Of a stretch of 64,000 bases of DNA, positions 25,201 through 39,200 are shown piece by piece (position 1 is the stretch's first letter; each line of letters starts with the position of its first letter). The notes under the pieces were generated by a model. That model was not told the DNA's origin, made no database searches, and saw only the letters and a program-made list of their open reading frames with translations. A program made the position numbers and the translations under genes. The DNA lies in assembly GCA_002633005.1 (NCBI GenBank), contig NMRA01000204.1, positions 576,272 through 640,271 on the forward strand. The letters are read 5' to 3'. Source of the stretch: Phoronis australis (Eukaryota; Animalia; Phoronida).

Positions 25201-26708
25201 GATAATTGCTCTAATTGCACCAATAAGATCGTATTTAGCCTGACTGCATGAGCTGTGCCGTTAAAAATAAAAGTTAAGTTTTAACATAATTTGAACATAA
25301 ACCAATAGCATTTCTGAATTTTTCGTCAATTGCTGATCATGTTTAGTTTTGAATAGCCACAATCGCCCCGAACCGAAGTTACGACTATCTATTTTTTCCG
25401 AACGTACCAAGTCGCTCTGAGTTTGATTGTGGTAACACGTACGGTCTGTAGCCTGGTAGATAATTGGCCTGCCTGTTGTCACACTAGACAAAAGACTGCT
25501 TGGCAGTTAACAAAAAAGCTATTTGCTATCACACGCTCACAACCCTTTACGTCACATGCGCGCACCCAGCCTAAATTATAGGGAAGCTCGAATTTTTCGA
25601 GTGAACCCCCCTCCCAAGTTGGTTTACTTGGGGTTGACACAAGCTAGCGCGGGTGCCGTTTTTGTTTTGCTGGAGACGTTTTTTTTATTTTTTTATTTTT
25701 GGGTCCTGTCCCGTACGGATATTGAGGCCACTCGAGACCAATTTTATGAGAATAAAAGGCATAATTCGTCGGGATTTTCGCTTCTAGGCAGCCAAACGGA
25801 ACGAAATGCAGCTGTAAACGGACAAACTGTAAGAATTAATTCTGAGTTATTACTGCTCCGCATGGCAGGCCGGCAATCAATACCGGCACCAAAAAGATTA
25901 GCAGAGCATATAGTGCTCTAGGCGCTGAATTATTTGGAGACATGTGCTCACTGACAAAAAAGAGGCCCATGATTTGCCATGAGTAAAAATGAAATGAAGA
26001 ATATAAATCGGTAAATAAAACAACAAGAATGGATCGACTGAAATTTGAAATTTTCGGAGGTAACAATTTCCTTTATCAACAAAAACAGAAATAAAGTAAA
26101 ATCAAACACAAAATGACAATTGACATATAAGATATGGTGTAATGAAAATGATCTTGTTGTTTTATTTACGATTTATATTCTTCATTTCATGAAACAATAG
26201 TATCCTTGGGAGGATCTAGATCGCCTTATTTAGTTTCAGATATATTTTCTACGTAAAAATGAAACAAATTCGCATATTTTTTTTCGCTAGGCCGGGTCCC
26301 GCGGCTGGATTTTGTTGTCGTGAGCAACTCAAAGATACTTCACCTATTGACTCGATTGTAAAAAATACCACACAAGGCAGACCAGAACCATCCATGCTTT
26401 TCGCCCTCAGTAAGTGAGAGCCCCCCTCCTTGGCTGCCGCCAGCAAAATGAAACAGCGTGAAGCGTGAAGAAATATTGAGTTCAGTAACTAGGACCGGTA
26501 GCGGCGGAATTGTGTTCCCTTTTCATATTTTTTATTATTTTTTTTTTAGTCCATCGATACATTTTCTGAACAGAAGGTCCACATCCAGGTCAGTCCCCGG
26601 CCGCCGCAACTTTCGACTTTCGGGCTGCCCGTGCACATACAATCGCGCTTTGCCCAATTCCCCGAGGCAACATGTTGCCCCCCCCCCTTATGGTATGCTA
26701 GATCCGCC

Positions 26709-27049
26709 NNNNNNNNNNNNNNNNNNNNNNNNNNNNNNNNNNNNNNNNNNNNNNNNNNNNNNNNNNNNNNNNNNNNNNNNNNNNNNNNNNNNNNNNNNNN
26801 NNNNNNNNNNNNNNNNNNNNNNNNNNNNNNNNNNNNNNNNNNNNNNNNNNNNNNNNNNNNNNNNNNNNNNNNNNNNNNNNNNNNNNNNNNNNNNNNNNNN
26901 NNNNNNNNNNNNNNNNNNNNNNNNNNNNNNNNNNNNNNNNNNNNNNNNNNNNNNNNNNNNNNNNNNNNNNNNNNNNNNNNNNNNNNNNNNNNNNNNNNNN
27001 NNNNNNNNNNNNNNNNNNNNNNNNNNNNNNNNNNNNNNNNNNNNNNNNN
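26709..27049. other. Assembly gap (N run)
   Basis: Run of n; smaller gaps at 19595-19609 and a single n inside the poly-C at about 46108-46167. Confidence 0.98.
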
Positions 27050-27614
27050 CAGTGTTTGTCAAGTCTGATCAGGGCGTGACTCCTGAAGCTAAGCTCATTG
27101 AGCATTACATTGCTGAGGTATGCTGTAGGTGTGGTCCTTGGACTGTGACTGTATGGCTGCATGAAGTTTGAATGAGAATCGTTTTGAAATAGGTCAGTTG
27201 AGTTGCAATTTGTGGTAAGTGAAACTGAAAGTACCTGCCTAACCTGAGATCATTACTCGAAGTGACTGGCCTAGTTTGTTATTTCTCAGTTGTGATTTCG
27301 CAAGCCATTATTTTGGTTCATGTTTGGAGGGAACTTCTTGTTTTGATTCTGTTGTAAATTTGGCCTATATGGTGGCCTGCAGTTGTCATAGTACTTATTT
27401 TTGCTTTCGCATTTTATGCTAGTCTTGGAACCAGCAACATTTGAATAAAATGGATTACCCCTCGAAGTGTTGGATATCAGGTAGCTCTTGATGCAGCGCA
27501 TCACAAGACACCTGATGACACAAAAGTTTTGCCGAACGTTTCCATAGAAACAGAAGAACTCAATAATACTGAAATGCAATATTGAAACGCATTATTGAAA
27601 CGCAGATAGCATGG

Positions 27615-28110
27615 TCCTATGGATTGTTAAGATTTACTGAAGATCTTAAATATCCATTGGACAATAAATTGGTTGACGGTTGTATTCTGATAGATCTATG
27701 AAAAGCTTTTGATATTTTGCCTCATGATTTGCTTCGATTTTAAGCTAAAAGCGTATGGTTGCTCTGATGGCACCTGGTCTTTCCTGTCTTTCTGTTTATC
27801 TGACAGATGTATGAGGGTAAAGGTAAACTCTGGGTATAGCTACTGGCAGGCAGTTACTAAACGGGTGCCCAAGGGTCTGTTTTAAGACCTCTTTTGTTAA
27901 ACATATTTATCAGTGATATTTTTACTGCCTTCAGGATAAATGTAAGGTTTACAGTTATGCTGATGATAATACTGTTGTTTGCAAGTTGGAACATCACTCA
28001 TCGTCTCCAAAGAAAGCTACCCAAGAAGTAATGACATGGTTTGAAGTTCATCATATGTTTGCAAATGCTGAAAAATTCAAAGCTATGATTCTTTCTAGAG
28101 ATGCAGTGCA
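27615..28110 (+). mobile_element. Decayed LINE (CR1/L2-like) reverse transcriptase fragment
   Basis: Broken translation LLRFTEDLK..LDNK...ILIDL*KAFD.LPH...KLKAYG...LSDR.MRVKV...VP/QGSVL.PLL.NIFI.D...YADD with stops and frameshifts. Confidence 0.85.
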
Positions 28111-31100
28111 GACATCAGTCAACTATTAATTGGAAATGATAATTAATTAAATGTGAAAATGTTGTCAAAGTCTCAGAGATATTGTTATGATCTGGGCATT
28201 TGTGTCAAAATCTGTCTGAGTAATGAAAATCAGCCAGACAAAATTCGCCATCGGTGGAGGGTTTATACATGATTCCATTACTGGTTGTCCAAATTTTCCA
28301 AAAAATTCAGTCCGAACATGCCTTGTTCCCACCAGCATTAGCGGTGTGTAGGTACCCCATTGGCAATGGTGCCCTGCGGTGGTGTATACATTTGTCTAAT
28401 AGGACTGAAGTGAACAGTAAAAGTGAAAATAAAAGTGTCATTGACATAACACAAACCTTTTATTTATTCAGTGACTTTAAAATGAAGTTCAACTCGCAAT
28501 TCAAACTCATTTTTCATATCAAATAAAGACATATTAAAAAATACAGCCTGTATAAATTTTGTTGAATGGCTTGCCTATGGCTGATTGGGGTTTTGCGACT
28601 CATTTCAAAATCTTGGCCTATATCCCTGTTACTGATCTGGAATGTGGCATTGATGTCTCTAATATCTCACCATTTTCAGAAAAAAAAAATCATCTTTGGC
28701 GATAAAAGTGATGGTCCAGAGGCTTTAATTGATTTTCAGTGTTCAATTTTGGATTCCCAAATCAGACTACAGATTAATGACATTTCAACAAATTTTTGAA
28801 CATTTTTAAAATTCAGTTTACATTCAGTTATAACAGGACATAGGTAAATATTTTGAAAATTGTGTCTTTACCTCATTCCAGTCCAAATTCATGAATGTTT
28901 TTATGTTTTCATCATTTAATTTTTTTAGAGTTTTCTTTGGAAGTGCATTTTTAACGTAAAAGTTTGGCCACAATTTACTGTGGCATCAAGTGTTTTCTGA
29001 TGCATTTGGTAAAAAGCTATCTCCTTATTCACACCAAGAGTTGTGGGTGACTCCAAACCTAAAGGTAGAGCAATTTTTTGCTTCTGGTGCCTCGACTATT
29101 TGTGTTGAAGTTTCTAAAATAGGGTGTTTTGATTGCTACATTTTCAAACCACCTGCTGTGAGTGCAGATGCTCTTCCCATAAACTTGCTCGAATTATTGA
29201 ACATAACATACTGCATTTGAGAACCACTTTTCTCCACTGATTAACGGGCATCAGACTGGTTCTCAAAATGTGGGCATGTTGACCTCAGTGATATACATGT
29301 TATATAAAGTACTTACAAGTTGTCTGACTTCCTTGATGTATATATGTTTACAAGCATGTCGTGAATCTAAACTTGTTTCAAAGGAGCATTCCACCATAAA
29401 TTCATGTATTTTGCAGGGATAATTTTAGGACTGCATCCTGCGTCATTGGCACAAAAATAACTTCCATTTATACTGTCATTGCTTAACTCGGCCAACGAGC
29501 TCATTAAGATTGAAAGAGAAAAAGGAAAAATAATGGGTTGAATGGCCATTACACAGTATTAAAAAATAACAAAATAACATGGCCCTTGTGGGTCAATTCA
29601 CCTATACCCACGTTTTTCTAAAATGATACCTGATTTTGCATCAGTTTATGTGTATCGGTACTAGTTCCATTCAATAACAGCACATTCAGTTCTTTTAACA
29701 TTACATTTTATGTTGAGTACTTGTCTGTCATTTGCTGCTGTTGTGGTTATTAAACAGAGTGATGCCATGTCTGCCGTGACTGTTTCTAAACACTTTATGT
29801 GAGTGGGGTTGGGTATGAATTTGTGTTACGTGATGACTTGATTGAAATGCCCTGAAAATGAGATAAAGTCAATTCTGCTTGCTCTGTTAAAGAAGTAAAG
29901 ATTTGGGTTCTGTGACCAGTTGAAAACAGGGCGGATCACTTCTACTGGGCTCTGTTGAGCTGGAAATCTTGTCAGGTCAAAACTGATTTTCGGATCGGAA
30001 TTGGACTTGTAGATTTGCCCTTATGAAAAGCACTGCCATGTTTGTCCCTGTGCAATACCTTAAACCTTGCCTGCTAATTGGATACATGTGGGAGGAAAGT
30101 GCATTTACACATCCATCATAAAATCACCATGTTATTTTCACCACACAACTGAAAGTGGGTTAGCTCAACAACCTTAACTGGAATTCTCTAGAGTCACCAT
30201 CTGCTTACAGTAACCTGGGGTAACTAACAGTAGGTACTGTCAACATATGAAGCTGTGAGTCAGTGTTTACCCTTTTGTAGGTCACATGGGTTGTGTTTAC
30301 TTTTAAGTAGGTCATTGCTTTGAGCTGATGCAAGTGTTGTGACTAACTCTGACCTTGAATGCTGATGTGTACTAAAAGTGAATTCCCGAGTTAACGGTAT
30401 AAATGACGAGAAATATGAATGATTTTAAGCAATGTTTTACTCAACGTCATGCGGAGAAGATTTATACCTACCTGTACTAATGTCACATATTACGACACAA
30501 GGTAGGGCACGGGAAACAGTCAAGTTTCAACGGGGTTAGGAAAAGTCAAATTACAAGTCTCAACTCTATCTGTCAATATCCATTCAATGCTTGTAGACAT
30601 AGAGTTTTTTCCAGTGTGTAAACACTTGCTATTGTTGAGTTCTGGTAATTGCCTTGCTTGATGGTTTATATGTTTGTTTTGTTTATGTATTCAGCAGTCA
30701 AGTCTACTTCACAGCTGGGGTTTCATAGTTTTATTCAACCAAATGACCAACTAGTTCATTCAGCTTCTCCTGTTTTATGCCTGTGATGTATGATATAATC
30801 TCACCAATTTTGGACAAAAATGTTTCCAAAATTATTAATTTTTTTCAGAAAATATTGTATCCATAGTAATCGTGGCAGCAATGCAGAACTTGAAACATTT
30901 ACAAACATAGTTAATTTGGTGCCGCCTGTCTTAGCATGAAATCTCATGAAACGTGATAAAGGCTTTCATTTTTCCCTTGCATTGTATCCTTTTTATCTGT
31001 CCGTGTTCCCCATATAGTTTGCTTAGAGGGTATATTTATACTGAATACGGTAATCATGAGAATACTAAATACCGGTACTTCTCCTGTGGGAACACAAAAT

Positions 31101-31328
31101 ATTGTTTGTACTTCATAAAAATGTTGATCTATAATTACAAATGTGCACTTCTTGGTTACACATCACATTCTATTTTTCTGTTTGATACTGTAGTTTGAAA
31201 TAACATTCATGTGTAAGTAACCTTTGACCCTTTCTTGAGCATCCTGCTGAACAGCAATGAAGACTAACTGTTCATGGTTTGATAAATGTGTTTTTGTGTA
31301 AGAGGTAGTTTCCATTTAATCATTGTCA

Positions 31329-31798
31329 TTTTTATGGCCCACTTATTTAGGTATGTGGGTGCATATTGCTGTCATCTCTGTCTGAGCATCTGGGTGTCTG
31401 TTGACCGCTGTTGTATCTCCTTAACCCCTTAGTGCGTGTTCTTAAAATTTTGCAAATGCGTTTGTTTCATAGATGGGATGGCATGAGCGAATTTTCGGAC
31501 GGATCTGACTACGGTTATGCCCCCTAGTGATAATTTAATTTTTTTAAGTTTGCCGCTGTATCTTCGGAGTTCCTTAAAGGATTTTTATAGAATGTGGCAA
31601 ATAGGTATCTATTAGAAAGATGACGCCAACTTCACGTATTTTGCACCACCTAGTGGCCATTTTTATTGCTTTCAAGCCTGTTTATTGGTGTCTGCCCCTC
31701 TGTTCAATGGGAATGTTCAAAAGAGTAATCATCCCTTGTACCTACATAATATGCGATACACACAGTGGGTGCATATCAACGCTCTGCCTTGCTCTTGT
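31329..31798 (+). mobile_element. Short copy of the HINE-type element
   Basis: TTTTTATGGCCCAC...GTGGGTGCATAT head, one partial array unit (CGGATCTGACTAC...CCCCCTAGTG; GCACCACCTAGTGGCCA at 31643) and tail GTGGGTGCATATC...TTGCTCTTGT. Confidence 0.7.
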
Positions 31799-32784
31799 AG
31801 CACTTCATTTCACAACCATGAATTCAATATCCCCAAAACAAGAATATAGAAGAAAAGCGACTTCAATTGAAAGTTTTTTAGCTCCACGGACATGACGAAT
31901 GAACATGCCCTGCGCTAGTGTGTCATATGTCCACCACAACGTGCGAGTTTATTGTACAAATTTGTGTCATATCCATGCTTCTCTGATTATGTCCCGTGAG
32001 AAAGTGAAAAGACCCACAGCATGGTCAAATACTGAGATCTCACGAGTACGTACCACAAATGCACGCCTTGCCATTCTTTATACCATAATCGCCAGGGAAA
32101 ACAAACAGCAATATGTGACTATTTATTTCTCAACAAAATAGTATTTAGGATGATTAATGCTACAATTGGTTGTCCCAATCCTGCGTAGCATGTATTGACC
32201 AATAAATGCTCTTAACATATCGTCAGATATGTAGTGTTTGGGGATGTTTTCATTCGACTGCTGTCCGGACTTTTTTTTCATATGAAATTAGTCATTTTTA
32301 GCACTTTAAGGCCTGGAGATGGGGTTTATGTTTTGCACAATAGATAGGGTGATGTATTGCATATTATGGAATGTGGCCTATTGCTGGAGACGTTAATGAT
32401 GACAACACCTTTTTTTCTAAACTTGTCCAAGCAATTGTTTTCAACAGGACTATTGAGTGTGTCAGGTCAAACAGGTTGTACTGACATGTTATAGAAAACG
32501 GGTGGTGGGAACACTGAGCTTGGTACGGCTACTTCAGGCTTTGTAAGTTAACAAAAATGCAACATCCTTGAATATAAAACCATAGCCTTACAAGTCCAAG
32601 AATTTTGTATAAAGTTACAAGGCAATTTATCATTTTTCCGCTAATCGTTAATGACAGAAATTTTAATTGGTGTCAAAGTTAGAAACAAAATATTGGTTGT
32701 ACACAAGTTTTGAATTTCAAATGTGGAATTAAAGCTCAGTTCACAACAGAATTCAAATCACCACAAATGTAAGAGCCTTGCACG

Positions 32785-33252
32785 GTGTACCGGGTGTATG
32801 TGTTAAAGGCTGAGGTTATATACCTGGTGTATGTGTGTAAGGCAGAGTTGATATACCGGGTGTATGTGTTTAAGGCAGGGTTGATATACCAGGTTTATGT
32901 CATTGTGGTTAAGGCAGAGTTGATAACTATGTGTATGTGTTTATGGCAGAGTTGATATACCAGATGTATGTGTTTAAGGCTGAGTTGATATACCCGCCAG
33001 GTGTATGTGTTTTAAGCAGAGCTGGCACCTAAAGTGTTTTGTTTTAAATTGAGTTGATATACCATGTGTATATGTTTAAAGCAGAGTTGATATACCATGT
33101 GTATGTGTTTAAGGCAGAGTTGACTACGATGTGTATGTGTTTAAGGCAGAGTTGATATACCATTTGTATGTGTTTAAGGCAGAGTTGATTACTATGCGTA
33201 TGTGTTTAAGGCAGAGTTGATATACCAGGTATATGTGTTTTAAGCAGAGTTG
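32785..33252. repeat. Minisatellite, about 32-bp unit
   Basis: Roughly a dozen copies of GTGTATGTGTTTAAGGCAGAGTTGATATACCA ending just before the acceptor of scramblase exon A. Confidence 0.92.
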
Positions 33253-33283
33253 GCATCTAAAGTGTTTTGTTTTAAATTTCAGC

Positions 33284-36200
33284 ATGGCTGAACAGATGCA
33301 ACCCCAAGCTGGAGCAGGTATGTTAAGTGCAGCCTTTAGTTGATTATGTAGGGTCCCACAAACATGGTGGCTAAGCCTTTTGTCCATGTTGTCTTGTCCA
33401 AATTGAGGAATGGCAGAGGCTTCACAGTCGAAGGCGTGGCATATCATAAAACATGCATATTGTTGCATTTACATTCCATTATTGTGATGTTGATCATTAG
33501 TAATTTCCAGGCCTTGAGCTTTGAATAGAGTCTACCTCACCTGTTTCACCCACAGCACCAGTAGTAGATTATGAAAGTGGGTCAGGGTAGCCCAGCATTG
33601 TAGGTATGCATTGTCCTGACAGGTTCTTCCAGCCATTGATCGAGAAATGACAGTTCAACTGCTATTTATATAAGGTGCACTCAGTGTTAGATTCCATATT
33701 TTTGAAAAATTCTGAAATTAAGTTCATTAGGATTTATTTTTGAATACGATAATGTCATTATGTTAAATGACAGTCACTTTGTACCGACATCTCTCCTTCA
33801 CCATGTTACTCCATTGTGTCCACTTGCGAGTGGCGGCCTCAGGCTTTGAATCTGCGATCCTTTGGTTCCCATGTTTGCAAACTTGAAAATTCATGCTGAA
33901 GCTATTGCAACAAGAGCTTATGTTTGTTTTAGGCGGTAGCCAATGGATGGCACCACCTCCAATGCCTGCCAACTGTCCGCCAGGCCTGGAGTACCTCACT
34001 ATGATTGACCAGCTTCTAGTCCACCAACAGGTGGAGCTGCTGGAAGGTATGACCTTGTCTGAATTGTATGTCTTGATATTCATGGAACTTTCAAGCAATC
34101 CATTTAATGATCACTACGTTACCTGCATTGCTGTCCTGAAAATTAGATAATTCCAACAGTATTGTGTCTTAAACATTCATGCTGGGTTGGGGTGCAGTGA
34201 ATAACCAGTCACTTATGTGTGACTGTGTCATGGAACCCTTGTGTTTTGGTCTTTATCAAAACGGATCTTCAGTAAATGGGAAATGGTTCTGCAATGCAAG
34301 AAAGAAAATGCTTTATAACATCAAGTCAACTTTGACAAGTTATTTTTCGAAAGGATTCTCCATCGTATTCAGCAACACCTTTTATTATATTGTAGATTAA
34401 ACGCAGTTATGCCAGTTAGCTCTAGAATTGATTTACGCAACTGGAAGCAGACATAAAGTGTATACCTATCAGGGATTGTCACAACCTTGTTATCTGTTTC
34501 AGCTTTTACTGGATTTGAGACCAACAACAAATATGAGATTAAGAACAGTATGGGTCAGAGGGTGTACTTTGCTGCAGAAGGTAATGTGTACCTTATATAT
34601 TTACTGTTACCCTCTGTGTATTTAACATGGGTATTGCTGTAACATTCCTAATGTTTTCTTATGTATCAGCTTGTGTAGTGATGTTACACGCTGTTTTTTC
34701 TGATGGACCTGCGAAGCGATCTTGCATGTACAATTTCCTGTGCACTAGATTACAAAGTGTCCGATCGTGCAGTTATAAGCCCATCAACTCTGTTGAAGGC
34801 TTGTGCCCATACGGTTAGTTTTGACAAGTGTATATGACTGCAGTTGTATTATGCTCTGTTTTTCCTGTTGTAAGTTTGATTAACACACCCAGCTTTCAAA
34901 AATTAGTTAAATTAGTTTCCACTAGTGATGTTCGCTGTTCTACTTGTCACTGATTACGGGGTGACGTTACACTTTTCTCTCATGCTCTTGTCTGGCACTG
35001 TATGACTACAGCACATTGATGGTTTCAATTGAACTCTGGTGTGTGCATATGAACTTAAGTACAACTGAAATTGATGATTCCTTTAAACCTCACTTTTGTA
35101 CCATTGTCACCTGTGAAACTCTTGTTATGGCATTGGCCAATCTTCAGTTCTGATGACATGAAATAGTACGATAATAAAAACTATATGCAAACTATGTCTT
35201 TTTCTGTGCACATAAACTTGTGATGTGATTGACAGTTATATCTCTGAGAATTTCACGGTATGGCAGATGTTACTGTCAAGGATGGTCTAGTGATCATTCT
35301 TGGATCTCTATCATAATGTAATCTGGCTAATTCCTGTACAACATTGACTGACGTGATGTTTCAATCCATCCACAGACAAGCACAACAGAAAGTTGACATA
35401 GCACTGCAGAAAAATGGACTTTAATTTTGTCACATTCCTCCACAAAATGACAATTAAACATGCCTTGCTGTGTTTTTAACTTGGTTTGCCCTGCACAAGT
35501 GTTGCAAAATAACAAGTTGGAGAGTTTTGAACATTTGCAAGAACATATTTTGAAATTGCGAAAAATGTCAATTTTAACTCATTTTGCGCCAGGTTGAAGC
35601 ATGTTTACCCTACTTTTACCTCTATTCACCCACGCTGTATTGTGAAACTGATGGAGGTGACGGCCATTTAAGGACAACTAACATATAGTTTACACATTTC
35701 TCTTGAAGACACGGGCTGCTGCACCCGCAACTGTTGTGGTCCCGTCCGACCATTTGACATAAAGATCATGGACAACCAGGGTCGCGAGGTTATTCACCTG
35801 TCTCGGGGATTACGGTGCTCATCTTGTTGGTTTCCCTGTTGTTTGCAGGTACAAAACGTGACCCTCCAGTGTATTATTTACTTGATATCTACCAAGAGAG
35901 TCACCCTCTTGTGTATCATGGCTTGCTGGCTTGGCTTGGTATTTTCTTCTCCTGCACGTGCTCTAATTGTAAAGTTCTCTTTATCCACATGCTTTAGTCA
36001 CTCTCCCTGTGTAGTCATGTATTACTGGTTTGGCTTGGCATGACACATTCTTCTCTTGCGTATGTTCCAATTGTTGTGTTTCTCCGCATGTTCTAATCAG
36101 CCATCGCTTGCCCAGTTTCTTCCTTTAGGTAGATTAAACACTGTTTAGGTTTTATGACTACGGTAGTAAGCTGGGATGTCTGAATGGAGCTCATGAATGT

Positions 36201-39200
36201 GTTATTTTTGGCTCAACAAGCTACTTCATTCTTATTAAATCTTAGTTAGAAATTGACTCATTTTGAGCTTGTCCCCAAATTCCCAGTTTAGACGGGGAGT
36301 CCATCCTGATATCTGTTCCTCTAGGGCCTGTTTTACTGAAACATGTTTAACGTTTTTGGTCTGCAATGTGACGGACATTGTAGTGGCAGTTCATAAGTTG
36401 CATTTTTTCTGAGATTTAAGACAGGCTTAAAGAAGACTAACTTCAGAATATGAGGAGCTTTCTATACAAAAATGCCATAAGACACCTCACTTTTGATTAT
36501 ACTAAGTACTGGTGGACAAAACTTGTGGATTTTTGTCGTGTGTTTGTGTATTTTTGATACGTGGTCATGTATTTTCACATAGTTTGAAAACTCAGAATAT
36601 TTATGGTATGAACAATTTAACTTGTGTCTGTTACTGGTAATTTTTGCCACATGGCCCTCTTGTCAATTGTTAAGTATTGTTCTTCAGTTGGTTGTCTAAT
36701 ACTGGCTAATTAGCAAGTGTTGACCTGTTGCCGACTTATGACCCCATGTCTGGTCTGCTGTATGAACATGACGTGCATTATTTCCATGGTTTAATATGTT
36801 GGATATGCTTTCTTCCTGATTTGCTTGACCAGCATTTAATATTCATCCATCTATCATGTTACCTTGGCTGTATTTTTAATGTGCTGGTTGCATGCTGACT
36901 ATAACATAATGGTTAGTCATTATTCAACGTCCTGACTAGCTATATGTGCATTTGTGAGGCAGAGGAGTGGTTATGATCCTTGGATTAGTTCCCTAACAGA
37001 TATATTTGTGCAGTCAAGAAAAGTGTGGTGGTTTTGGGTTTTAAATGGCCTGTTTTAGTAAAAACTCGTGTGTGTATTAATGTTCTGCTACTAGTATTCT
37101 AAAAGTCATCTGGGTGTCATTCTATTTCATCGGTTAACCCTGAAAGTGTTTTTGACAAGACATGCTGTTCTTTTCTTTGCGCAGTTCTTAACACTTTTCA
37201 AAGGTAATGTAGAATTTCTCCCTGTTTCGTAATTGTTTGTTTCTGTTTTACTAATACTGACTCAATACATTATAATGTCATTTGTGGACGTATGCATTGT
37301 TCTGTGTTACCATTTCCACTGTCTTTTCTTAACTGGCTGTACAAAAACTTGTGCATATTGATTATAACAAAGCTTAACGCAATAGATATTCTCTTTTCCT
37401 CAACCAACAACCTGGCTGTGCTTAGAAGCATTTATCTCAAATGCATTAACTTGGGAAAATTCTGCTTCAAGAATCCTGTGAGAGCACCTTCCTTCGGCCC
37501 TCGATACCTTGGAATTGAGGCCAAACATTGGCCACATTCCCCTATGAATATATTTAAAAGTTACTCTCATCAGACCCAAAAATTCGCCTCCAACGATTAG
37601 AAAATAAAATGACTCAAAATTAGAATCAAGTCTGTAAAATATTAGTCTCAGTTTATTGAGGCATTTGCCAATGAGGGGTGGCAACAAGGGGGATGAATTT
37701 TCCCTCCATCAAAAAATTTCCCTCAGAATGTGCTGGCACCTTTCCCATCAGGAGCACGAGTGTCCCGTCTTCCTAAAGAGTGGGTGGGGATCCTGAGTGG
37801 TATAATTAGTGCTACCAATAATTTAAAGCTTTACTTATGAAATCATAACAGTTCGCTTAATTGTGAGAATTTTACGTAAGTATCTTCTACAGACAAAAAG
37901 TTTGTTGGTAAAACTTTTTCTTTGGACCGATCTGCAAGTAGTGAACTTTGATTAGGAACTAAATCAATTGTGGCCTCTTTTTGAATACTGTTGCCACCTC
38001 AATATTTGCTTATAAGTTAAGAACTTGTGACAACAAGTTAATTCTTATTATAAAAAGTTGTTGATTTTGCTCAAGTTGTTTGCTTAGTTGAAGTGCTTGT
38101 TGCAGTTGTGTTAGCATAAGACACCCTGTGGCTGACTCTTGCTCCCTCTGTTGTAGAAAGTGACAGTGGAAGCACCACCTGGGAATGTGGTAGGCTACAT
38201 CCAGCAAGCCTGGTCCATCTGTAAACCCAAATTCTACATACAGAATGCCCATGGTGACACGGTCCTCACCATCCATGGACCCTGCTTCACATGCAACATG
38301 TGTGGTGATGTGGAGTTTGATGTATGTACTTTTTCAATGTTAGGAATGTCATTTACAGTACATGCTTGCAATATGCTAAAATTATTGAGTGAACTCAAAG
38401 GTGGTGCTTATAGTTGCTGAATTAGTGGACGTGTACTCAAGATGGATGTATAACTTGTATTGTTCAACATCAGAACTTGTGCTTCTCATGGTTTACGAGA
38501 TTTCCTGTTGTTAATTTTCGTGCTTGTACATTTCACCTGTAAGTGGTGGGCATTCAGGGTTTTATTCTTATAAACAGTCGGGTCTTACTGGACAAAACTA
38601 GAGTTTTCATGCATTGGTGTTTCTTTGTTGTCAATCTGGAAAAAAATACTACATATGCCACAGTGTTCTCATCAGGATTAAAGTTGAATGCTGTTAGTCT
38701 CGAAGTGGAGATCTCCCCGTGGTCCGTCTTTTTGGTTAAACACTTTTTTGTCAATAATTTAATCAGTGTTAGATACTAATTTTCACAAAAATTGTAATTG
38801 CACTGGGCACTAGATGGAAGAATATAACAGTGATGACTCAACATTTTAGAGTTTTAGATCATTTAAAAGCACTGTATACACGATTGATATGACCACCAAT
38901 TAAAGACTAAGCATGATGACTCAAAATTAGAGTGTGGTGGTAAAATTTGAGCACGGGGGTTGAAATTTGATGGCCCACAATACTGAAGAAGCCTACCTAG
39001 AATGCCACTGTTAAAATCGATTTTTAACACAGACTTTGAAAATTCAAACATAATGTCCACACCAACTACACCACATGCTGTATTGAGGTTGGTCAAGTGT
39101 AACAATGAAACTGAAGGAAATGGAACTGGTCTTGTAATTCCTCATCTCTGTTCATGTTTATTACTGTAGCTTTAATCCAGAGAGGTCACAGGATCTGTCC

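Noticed and set aside
26458-27171. Long ORFs across the N run
   Set aside because: Artefacts of the assembly gap.
32785-33252. Regular 32-bp repeats resembling a CRISPR array
   Set aside because: Units are head-to-tail with no unique spacers and the context is eukaryotic; it is a minisatellite.
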